IMG/VR virus record: IMGVR_UViG_3300009709_000001 | Span: 160,001-224,000 of that record | Length of the DNA stretch: 64,000 nucleotides | Source of the DNA: a virus | Taxonomy: Duplodnaviria > Heunggongvirae > Uroviricota > Caudoviricetes | Direction: 5' to 3' (one strand) | In this document: one piece after another, positions 57,801 to 64,000 of the stretch | Layout: the number at the start of each line of letters is the position of its first letter | Numbering within the stretch: the first letter of the stretch is position 1 | Translations under genes and position numbers: made by a program | The notes under the pieces: model-generated | Told to the model about the DNA's origin: nothing | Database searches by the model: none | The model's input: the letters and a program-made list of their open reading frames with translations, nothing else

Positions 57801-60800
57801 AATGATGTCGATTTGACTTCGTTTGGTGTTGTCCAGACTGCTGTTCAGTGGGGAACTGACCTATTCAATCCAGTTGCTAATCAGACATTGTGGATGGCCA
57901 AGACTTTCACCGAAGATTGGGATGTCTATAAGATCGTTAAGCAGAATATACCGTTTGAAGTTGTCAAGGATGAGAACAACGATCTATTCCTGAGAACAGA
58001 TTTGTCGTACAACCTCACACCGCAATTTGCAGGTGGCCTGCATCAGACTGACTTCGGTAACATGATTGTTCTTCAGGTTATTGAAGCTCGTGCAGATGCG
58101 GTTATTGATACTGGTGTTATCACTGAAATCAATATTACCAAGGAAGGTTCTGGTTATATCAATGAACCATTAGTTACCATTACCGGCGACGGAACAGGTG
58201 CTACTGCTAAAGCAATCATCGGTGGTGGAGTTGTTTCGGGCATTGAAATTACAAACGGTGGTACCGGTTATACAACCGCAACTGTAACAATCGCTCCACC
58301 ACCGAAGGTTAACCCTGTAACCAACTTTACTGTCGGTTTTGGCTATAGCTATTCGGATTTGGTTTACAACTATTACAGTCTTCTAACTCTCGACGGTGTT
58401 CCAATCACTGCAGATGAAATCACTGTATTTGAAGACTTCACTGACTTCATGTTGTTCAAATCCATGCGCTTCTTGACTACACCTGTAATTCCATCTTATG
58501 TGGTTGCTGGTGATAAAATTTGGGTTGATAATGTCAATAACCTATGGACAGTGTTCAATTACGACGGTGTTGATCTAACTGCCTTCAGACAGCAAACTCC
58601 GCTTATCGATACATTCTTGTTCGAAAGCGCAAGTGTGTTCTCGACAAATACAACCAACGAGCTTGTTCAACTTCCAGTCTACGATCCGTTCAAGGGAATA
58701 CTCCCGGGCCCAGCAAGACAGAACATTACCTATACTTCTTTGCAGGATCCTGCAAGATATAATGTCACGCCTGATCAAAGATTGTTTAGTGAAAACATTA
58801 TCTTTGGTAAGAGACAAGTTGGACAATTGTGGTGGGATCTTTCATCAGCAAGATACGTTTATTACGAACAGCCGATTGCCCTAGACGGTACCGAAACTGA
58901 TCTAGATAATTTGATTTACAGAAGAGATAACTGGGGATCTTTGTTCCCGGGTAGCACAATCGACATTTACGAATGGGTCGAGAGTGATGTTATTCCTTCC
59001 GAATATACAGGTTCGGGAACTCCACGCGACACTACTTCTTATGTCCAGATCATCACATCGAACAGATTTACAAACGCCGAAGAAATCAAGTATTACTTCT
59101 GGGTGTTGAATACAACTGATAAGCCAAATGTTGAAAATAGAACAATGGCCGCACTCGATGTATCTAGATTGTTGCAAATTCCAAAGAGCCAAGGTTTTGT
59201 CTTCTTTGCACCTATTCAACAAACTGCAACGAACAATTCTTATATGTTCTACAACGTACAAGAAATTCTTGCATACCAGGGCGACAATGTTCAGATTCAA
59301 TACCGTGTATCTGAAAGAGATGATCAGAAGCACACCCAATGGGCATTCTTCCGTGAAGGTGACCCAGGGTCCACTGTTACAGATCAGTTCTGGAACAAGA
59401 TGGTTGATAGCCTCTGTGGTTACACAAAGGTACTTCCATTATCCGATGAATACGATAACGGAATCATTGTAGCCGATGATCTTCCATGGGACATCTTTGG
59501 TTGGGATATTACTCCGTGGGATTCGGCAGACTCGACAACATCACCAATTTACGGCGAGATCCTCGAAGTTCCTGATCCAACTCTGAGTGAAGGTGAGAAA
59601 TATGGTATTAAGTATCGTCCACGTCAGGGCATGTTCGTTAACCTATACGCAGCAAGAAAAGTCTTCGTACAGGCTGCGAATAGCTTACTGAAGTACATTC
59701 CTATTAGAGACGACAATCCAGGATGGGATGCTGATGTTACTACCGATGATTACTGGACATATACCACATGGTACAAAGCCGGTTTTGAAGATGTAACACC
59801 TAATGTTGTTTTCCAAACATTATCGCAAGCCAATATCGCATTGGTTAGTGGTCAGCTGAAGAATGACGATATTGTTCAGGTTACAAACGGAACTGTCGAT
59901 GGTAGATTTGTTCTATATGTTGTAGTTCAACTCAATCCTAATGTTCCTGCTCAAAGTCTTGAAGAAATCGGTATTCAGAACAGTGCAATCAAATTGCTCG
60001 ATACAATCTATACTGTGAAGAATGTTTATGGTTTGTCTGTTGAACTTAGACAGCTCCTAAACGCATTCAGAACAGAAGTTATGGTCGATGCTAATAAGGT
60101 TGATCAAAACGAATTGTACTTCTCGATGCTTAACTATGTGGTTAGCGAACAGAAGAATCCAGATTGGGTCTTCAAGACTTCGTATATCTACATCAAGGAA
60201 AATGACTTGCCATTGGCACAAGGTCAATTGTACGTACCTGATCAGATTGATAACATTATCCAATACATCACCGATGCTAAACCATATCATACAAAGATCA
60301 GAGATTATACCAGCACCTATGTAACTCAGGATATTGCTGTCGGAACTGCTGCCGATTCCTACAAATGGAATATCAAACTTAAATTCGGTCCAGATGCATT
60401 GCCAGGCAACCAATTGAGTCTATATCCAGATTGGATGGGACAGAACGGAAACACACTCGATGCAACATACGGTTGGGATTTGAATCAGGGTCCGTATACC
60501 TTGCCATGGGATACCTTTACATGGGACGTTCCGCTTGACGTGAATGGATTCCCATTGACCATGAATAACATTCTAAATCAAAGTGTTTCGGGATCGCACC
60601 CTGCTCCTATCATCCCAGGTGATTGGCCGGGTAATACTGTTCCATTGGTTGCATATACCGGCGTTACACGCGCGCAGAAAGCTGGCTATTCTAGTTTGTA
60701 TCCATATCAATTTGTTGCACCGACATTAGATGACCCACAGTCGTTTATTCCACCGGAAAACATTGTTGGAGTTCAGGCCGATGATCAAATCCTGTACTAC

Positions 60801-61715
60801 GGACAGGATTACTATGTCGAGTACTTCGAGACAACTAATGATTACACCGTGTTCTTCTACAATGATCCGAGTGTGTATACAAGCCTCGTAGGATTGGTAT
60901 GGTTTGATGGCGGCCAATTATTGAATACCAGTTTCGATACCTATAGAAACGAACTTGTTCTTGGTTTCCCACAGGACGACTTTGTTGTTAATGTCGATAC
61001 AAAACTTCCGGTAGTTAACAATACCAATGACGGCACTACAATCGGATTTGGCGATATGTGGGACTTCTTCGATCCAATCATCGAAGACATCCTCGAAACA
61101 GAAAACGGCGGTCCTCCACCTAGCGGTGGTGTATGGCTTGGTTTTGATTCTGGTATGTGGGATCAGGGCAGTGATGCACCTTCTGCACCAGGATATGAGA
61201 CTGTAATTCTTGATAACACAATCAGTTACAAAGAAAACATTGAGATGAACGAAACCGCTAGATTCTATAGAAATGTTGAAGTAGAATCGGGTGAACTTGT
61301 TACTGATTTGCCAGCTCCTACAGGCGAAACTGAAAACGTTGCATCGATAATTGTAACTGCTGCAACCGATGTATTCCCAGAACCGATTAATAATCCGGGC
61401 GTTGTCTGGGTAGAAGGTGAACGTATCGAGTACATGCTCAAGGAACCGGCTGGACCTAATCAGTGGAGACTTGGATTGTTACGTCGTGGTACAGATGGTA
61501 CAGCACCGACATTGCATCTTGCAAATGCTAAGGTTTGGAGCGAAAAGAGCAACTTGTTACCATTTAATTCCGATCAAGAAGTTTGGAATGCTACCGATCC
61601 GTTGCCACAACCCGGCGATGAAAATGTAAATAGCGTTCCGCTTGGTGGACTTTGGTACGCTCAAACTCCTCAAGCTATCTTCCTAAAGCAGAAGCAAGGG
61701 AAGGCAGTACCTTAA
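51870..61715 (+). CDS. giant baseplate wedge/virion structural protein (gp7-like), 3281 aa
   Basis: Follows gp6; LPAVFQT start, QKGT and KPYHTK motifs, GxGY Ig-like repeats. Confidence 0.75.
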   Translation: MTQYIKKLPAVFQTVTEKKFFDATFDQVFSKKDSDLLAGFLGRRDPGLYNPITDFYLPEPSKNRTWWQLEATAFARDSDTTKTNIFFYEDLLENIEYYGGNTLNQDRLFESEYYSFGPPIDYDMFINYQSYYWVEQGLPTITITGVMGADIIGKSSYTTPPTAVPANFTLTTGMSISLADDPEYSSPHTVENIGNCIGIRLVPQFPDFTAGTLFEFLPWDGEFELANGRIIDNRYWDSLTWETQAQPSNGDYITIERGSLDRNAWSRTNKWFHIDAITQTIAATGTVFPANATRALRPIIQFIADLILYKSGTQFRSEIQYGFRDNQFGQPLLFADYQNQSVLSINTAFGIDLSEGDLVSFFNDTTPINVDYFPWDMFDWDTNDWDAVFPSTINQWIFEAKIQPDGTVNFVPYTSWATPVLEGDIVFITEDAPFDGALRGQTWYYSNGTWQEAFNDKIRLNQPPLFQLYDHDTVPLDDTAKYPDSTFRGSEIFSYKVNTEPGATVDPVLKFPIVYTSLGQASDIVFQNDLITTRYAYGSFKPIDGYYYYKTVTDPVTFNNWNLYQPCPCDDIIPPPPCNCLETSKQRVIEKYVVGYGTEFQFKLSVTPYGYPATPDIIVSVNGVEVKSAADQTDGYTLSVINDRIYVVLTTYLTNLLSTVQSQPPVVEVQTYTHGLLDPAEPGYFEIPQQLEANPNQLEVSEISASDLTQQFASIISNQIGATGVAFGGSNNYRDTRKNRSVGQYILQNVAPALKSMLIASEDDLDFITGLRFSQSEYTKFKNKYLRTAQQLINQQFSPVQFYTNTVVISLWVEEILKVVNVSKEFSNAFAYSYMIANGSPFANETITVPAGGLVTLTNYVDLSDPKNALYAYDVSGQETLLIIGKDYEIVSTNLAIDIQFNTASVPVGRSVFVALYKNPLPAYIPSTPTKVGAYPTYVPRIELDTTYTNPTNVIIGHDGSKTIAFGDYRDQLLLELEKRIYNLLNFKYRHEYALPLRVESIRSGYFRETRYSRQEYLDITESYLNKWSAMNRANYRANDWATASVSTPPSLLWKLYNYRLAENTLGQPLNLPGNWKGVYLYLYDTINPDTRPWEMLGFTDQPDWWEIEYGAPILNLAGQEVWGSNAAGLHNMYSDLEAGIIRQGPCAIYDPITLQPVPQEMWARPGLLTLIPVTTSGEIISVMTLFNVVYSGNPYAPFDGFDIEWIYGDGSPVEMAWMSTSAYAFSTQEFMYLMRPAPYGELMWDTLGTELSPGMIDVPGIESPVQSTINWQYVQNDIYSDDDPFFAWMRPKNADQVVHAENIDSEIQIRYGYQRWISDRILFLGKDIGTTFGQKVRTLDVNLANKLAGFTNKDTTNTYIESVTPGSTTNSLIIPSTNFDVKLHKSPVVDTYSYSGIVIRALIDGTFAIYGYDLLSSEFTVLERSTDKLIDVTVGGTPAEFKYFNIGETYNAGDIVKYNGVYYVSLVTQIAVVKFEASGWQRLAGLPTVGGISVSYKPLTTGKIVKVPYGTVLPTAQAVFDLMISWGAYLEAQGWKFDEVSQQTNMLSDWLASAKQFLFWLNTEWAPDASIQLSPLANKATLVVKRGYPNDVETMSNGVYSILDKYGVAIAPQNTTTDRDGPSITVEPSDLAVGGIYFLTVNTSETEHVLIFDNTTNFNDVVYSPLLRARQQRLRFNGFRSNGWYGKMEAPGYLVMDNELVPNYDTIVNSMRYFYDPNVTLDNPSLEDLGRHLIGYESKSYLDNLQVSNDVQYLFYQGAIRQKGTQQAFDKLFRSTKVQGDKVIEVFEEWALKLADFGNTIEQVSTEFILRPEQNTGEVVVARLNYIPSKIGFLRQINILNAENTYTSVPKVIITAPDADPMDPDLTAPLRQAKAYIVLDSIGRISRVDITDPGYGYLKAPYIEIDSGLEPHNLDRLFSVWQGEIIKDETLDNIINIDIDRTDQWTVRPVDPTFSLVFPETPRIDYPLPNAGYVNFNDVDLTSFGVVQTAVQWGTDLFNPVANQTLWMAKTFTEDWDVYKIVKQNIPFEVVKDENNDLFLRTDLSYNLTPQFAGGLHQTDFGNMIVLQVIEARADAVIDTGVITEINITKEGSGYINEPLVTITGDGTGATAKAIIGGGVVSGIEITNGGTGYTTATVTIAPPPKVNPVTNFTVGFGYSYSDLVYNYYSLLTLDGVPITADEITVFEDFTDFMLFKSMRFLTTPVIPSYVVAGDKIWVDNVNNLWTVFNYDGVDLTAFRQQTPLIDTFLFESASVFSTNTTNELVQLPVYDPFKGILPGPARQNITYTSLQDPARYNVTPDQRLFSENIIFGKRQVGQLWWDLSSARYVYYEQPIALDGTETDLDNLIYRRDNWGSLFPGSTIDIYEWVESDVIPSEYTGSGTPRDTTSYVQIITSNRFTNAEEIKYYFWVLNTTDKPNVENRTMAALDVSRLLQIPKSQGFVFFAPIQQTATNNSYMFYNVQEILAYQGDNVQIQYRVSERDDQKHTQWAFFREGDPGSTVTDQFWNKMVDSLCGYTKVLPLSDEYDNGIIVADDLPWDIFGWDITPWDSADSTTSPIYGEILEVPDPTLSEGEKYGIKYRPRQGMFVNLYAARKVFVQAANSLLKYIPIRDDNPGWDADVTTDDYWTYTTWYKAGFEDVTPNVVFQTLSQANIALVSGQLKNDDIVQVTNGTVDGRFVLYVVVQLNPNVPAQSLEEIGIQNSAIKLLDTIYTVKNVYGLSVELRQLLNAFRTEVMVDANKVDQNELYFSMLNYVVSEQKNPDWVFKTSYIYIKENDLPLAQGQLYVPDQIDNIIQYITDAKPYHTKIRDYTSTYVTQDIAVGTAADSYKWNIKLKFGPDALPGNQLSLYPDWMGQNGNTLDATYGWDLNQGPYTLPWDTFTWDVPLDVNGFPLTMNNILNQSVSGSHPAPIIPGDWPGNTVPLVAYTGVTRAQKAGYSSLYPYQFVAPTLDDPQSFIPPENIVGVQADDQILYYGQDYYVEYFETTNDYTVFFYNDPSVYTSLVGLVWFDGGQLLNTSFDTYRNELVLGFPQDDFVVNVDTKLPVVNNTNDGTTIGFGDMWDFFDPIIEDILETENGGPPPSGGVWLGFDSGMWDQGSDAPSAPGYETVILDNTISYKENIEMNETARFYRNVEVESGELVTDLPAPTGETENVASIIVTAATDVFPEPINNPGVVWVEGERIEYMLKEPAGPNQWRLGLLRRGTDGTAPTLHLANAKVWSEKSNLLPFNSDQEVWNATDPLPQPGDENVNSVPLGGLWYAQTPQAIFLKQKQGKAVP

Positions 61716-61738
61716 CATAAAGTAGGGCGATAATTACC

Positions 61739-61885
61739 ATGATAAATAAAGAAAACGAGAATAAGCCGGAACCTGTTGAAAATAAGGAACCCGGCCTTAT
61801 TGATGTTGCATTAATGGATGTGCAATGTCATCTTCTAATTAAAGATAAAGATACCGGGCAAGTTCTGGTGAATAAAAGGGGTTGA
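61739..61885 (+). CDS. small protein (48 aa)
   Basis: MINKENE...HLLIKDKDTGQVLVNKRG, resembling the N-terminus of the next gene. Confidence 0.55.
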   Translation: MINKENENKPEPVENKEPGLIDVALMDVQCHLLIKDKDTGQVLVNKRG

Positions 61886-61886
61886 G

Positions 61887-62651
61887 ATGCAAGAATTTAT
61901 TCGTGCTTCTATTCAGGGTTTTGTCAAGATTATCGACAAAGACACAAAAGAAGTTTTAGTTGATACACATAACGATGTCCTGTATGGAAATATGTCGGCA
62001 GCCCTTGCGCATGCTCTAATCGGCAATTCGAACAGTTTTCTTTATTACATTGCATTCGGTAACGGTGGTGCCTATGTTGGTCCTACCGGTACAATTTCAT
62101 ATAAGCCATCTTTGGGTGGTGCAGGTAGCCTTATTAAGAATCCTACTGCGAATTTGTATAACACCATTTATGTCAAGAAGTTGTCAAATGATGCAACCGA
62201 TACTCCGGATTACGATCCGCTTTCGCGCGCATACATTCCGGCTGAAAACTATGCGACCAATTACGAAGACATCATTGTTGACGTAACTATCGGTTATAGT
62301 GAACCACCAACTGGTATTAATCCGTCGACTACAATTCAGCAGACATCAATTGATGATTCCACATTTATCGGAAGTAGCTCGAGTAACCCTGTAACAAATT
62401 TCGACCCACAAACTCTTGTCTTTAACGAGATTGGTTTGTTTGCAGGTTCGAATAATCTGTTCCCTGGAAATTTTACCCAGACTACAACCGAAGTAAATAA
62501 CTTCATTGCACAAACCCCGAACTTTTCAAATGCACCTGGCGTCGAATCGAAACTTATGTTGACGCATGTAATCTTCCACCCTATTCAGAAGTCTGCGAAT
62601 AGATCCCTTGAGATCATCTACACTTTGAGGATACAAATGGGGGCTTCCTGA
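61887..62651 (+). CDS. virion/baseplate structural protein
   Basis: [24 protein letters not shown]...I.YTL motifs. Confidence 0.75.
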   Translation: MQEFIRASIQGFVKIIDKDTKEVLVDTHNDVLYGNMSAALAHALIGNSNSFLYYIAFGNGGAYVGPTGTISYKPSLGGAGSLIKNPTANLYNTIYVKKLSNDATDTPDYDPLSRAYIPAENYATNYEDIIVDVTIGYSEPPTGINPSTTIQQTSIDDSTFIGSSSSNPVTNFDPQTLVFNEIGLFAGSNNLFPGNFTQTTTEVNNFIAQTPNFSNAPGVESKLMLTHVIFHPIQKSANRSLEIIYTLRIQMGAS

Positions 62652-63238
62652 TGTTCTATGTCTATGCATATATTCGAGATAAAAATTCGGAAATTGCAAA
62701 TGCTGGAACACCTTATTACATCGGCAAAGGAAAGAATAATAGGGCATACGAAAAGCATGCCTTTTTAAACCCGCCATCTGATAGATCTAGAATAATAATT
62801 CTTGAATCAAATCTTACAGAACTTGGTGCGTTTGCACTAGAAAGAAGATATATTAAATGGTGGGGGCGAAAAGATAATAACACCGGCATACTGGAAAATA
62901 AAACAGATGGCGGTGAAGGCAGCTCCGGCACGGTACATTCAGTAGAGACAAGATTGAAAAGATCCAAGTCATTACAGGGAAGAGCCGGGTCTATGTTAGG
63001 AAAGAAACATTCTAATGAGACTAAAGAAAATATGTCTCATTCGAGAAAAGGCATTAGAACATCATCGGGTAAACTTGGGTATGTTGTACCGCAGGAAGAA
63101 AAAGATAAAATTTCTGCAGCACAGAAAGGGATACCAAAACCTAAATATAGATGTCCACATTGCAATAAAGAAGCGTCAATTGCGAGATTAACCCAATGGC
63201 ACTTTGATAGATGCAAGTTGATAAATAATAGAAACTAA
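62651..63238 (+). CDS. GIY-YIG/NUMOD3 homing endonuclease
   Basis: FYVYAY...PYYIGKG..R, N.TDGGEG, HSxETK repeats, CPHC. Confidence 0.9.
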   Translation: MFYVYAYIRDKNSEIANAGTPYYIGKGKNNRAYEKHAFLNPPSDRSRIIILESNLTELGAFALERRYIKWWGRKDNNTGILENKTDGGEGSSGTVHSVETRLKRSKSLQGRAGSMLGKKHSNETKENMSHSRKGIRTSSGKLGYVVPQEEKDKISAAQKGIPKPKYRCPHCNKEASIARLTQWHFDRCKLINNRN

Positions 63239-63251
63239 GGAATTCTTAATC

Positions 63252-63749
63252 ATGTCATATAACGTTTACAAGCCGACTGGTGCCACTGGTACTAATCCAA
63301 TTGTCGTTCCAGATAACGCAATTGATGGCAGCCTGTATGATTCCACTAACAAGGTTGGTGTTCAGCTTGTGGGCCGAAATGCCATCGACTATGGTACTGC
63401 AATCGCGCAGAATATAGTCCAGATGACTTCGAACTTTGCAGGTTCTGTAACTCCACCTCCTGGAAAGGCACTACAAGGTCAACTCTGGTTTAATGCATCT
63501 TCTTCGACAACTGGCGAAATCTATGTCAGAAAAACATCGAGTACAGCAGCACAGCCAAACCAAGCAACCGATATTGCTACCAACTGGCAAAAGGTTGTTA
63601 CCGTTGCAGGTAACCAAACTGGTCGTCCAGCAGTAGTAAATCCAACATCCGGTACAGAACAAGACGGTGATATTCAAGTCGTTGGCTCAGTGATCTCTAT
63701 TTGGGCTGCAGGTGCTTGGAGACAAATCTTCCCAGCAGTTTACTCGTAA
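63252..63749 (+). CDS. virion structural protein
   Basis: LVGRN..YG...NFA..PP...GQLWF motif. Confidence 0.7.
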   Translation: MSYNVYKPTGATGTNPIVVPDNAIDGSLYDSTNKVGVQLVGRNAIDYGTAIAQNIVQMTSNFAGSVTPPPGKALQGQLWFNASSSTTGEIYVRKTSSTAAQPNQATDIATNWQKVVTVAGNQTGRPAVVNPTSGTEQDGDIQVVGSVISIWAAGAWRQIFPAVYS

Positions 63750-63763
63750 TCAAGGAATAATTC

Positions 63764-64000
63764 ATGTCTTATGTTACCGGGGGCCTAATCGAGGCCGTTG
63801 ACTACAACACATTCGCGACGCTGGCTGCCAGCATGAACGAAGTGTTTGCTGATCTACATCCTGGTGCAACTACAATCGGCGCTGGTGCAGATTACGGATA
63901 TGGTCAAACTCCGGCACTTACGGCTGTATCAGCTGGTAACTCAGTTCTAGCAACTGAATGGGCTGATCTCTTCGATACTATCAGGGATACTGGTACGCAT
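63764..64000 (+). CDS. virion structural protein (partial, runs off window)
   Basis: AGGA SD, MSYVTGGLIEAVDYN..., open to the window end. Confidence 0.7.
   Translation, partial: MSYVTGGLIEAVDYNTFATLAASMNEVFADLHPGATTIGAGADYGYGQTPALTAVSAGNSVLATEWADLFDTIRDTGTH

Overview
This window is part of a large T4-like (jumbo) myophage genome. Positions ~1-14,900 hold a minus-strand RNA array: about 29 tRNA genes whose anticodons cover all 20 amino acids (counting the CAU species as Met), more than 15 non-canonical tRNA-like or orphan structured RNAs, and a probable ~850-nt GOLLD RNA. Interspersed are smpB, a MazG-like gene, two pyrimidine-dimer-glycosylase-like paralogues, a vWA protein and two HNH endonucleases. 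Three tandem sigma70 promoters head the array. They are followed by what looks like a ribosome-controlled transcription attenuator: a 51-codon leader peptide containing all 20 amino acids, overlapping an antiterminator/terminator pair. This, plus a six-copy RNA module fused to tRNA parts in circularly permuted forms, is the best candidate for a new system (phage sensing and repair of tRNA-pool damage). Positions ~15,000-64,000 hold virion and late genes: tail fibres, gp14/15, gp23/22/21/20, a tape-measure-like gene, a gp26/51-like pair with a -1 slippery site, an endolysin, a resolvase, gp46/47, late sigma gp55, and baseplate gp53/5/25/6/7-like genes, driven by a GATAAATA late promoter motif. 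Several broken genes near 18-24 kb suggest deletions or assembly artefacts. All calls were made by eye from sequence and remembered family motifs; no searches or folding programs were run.
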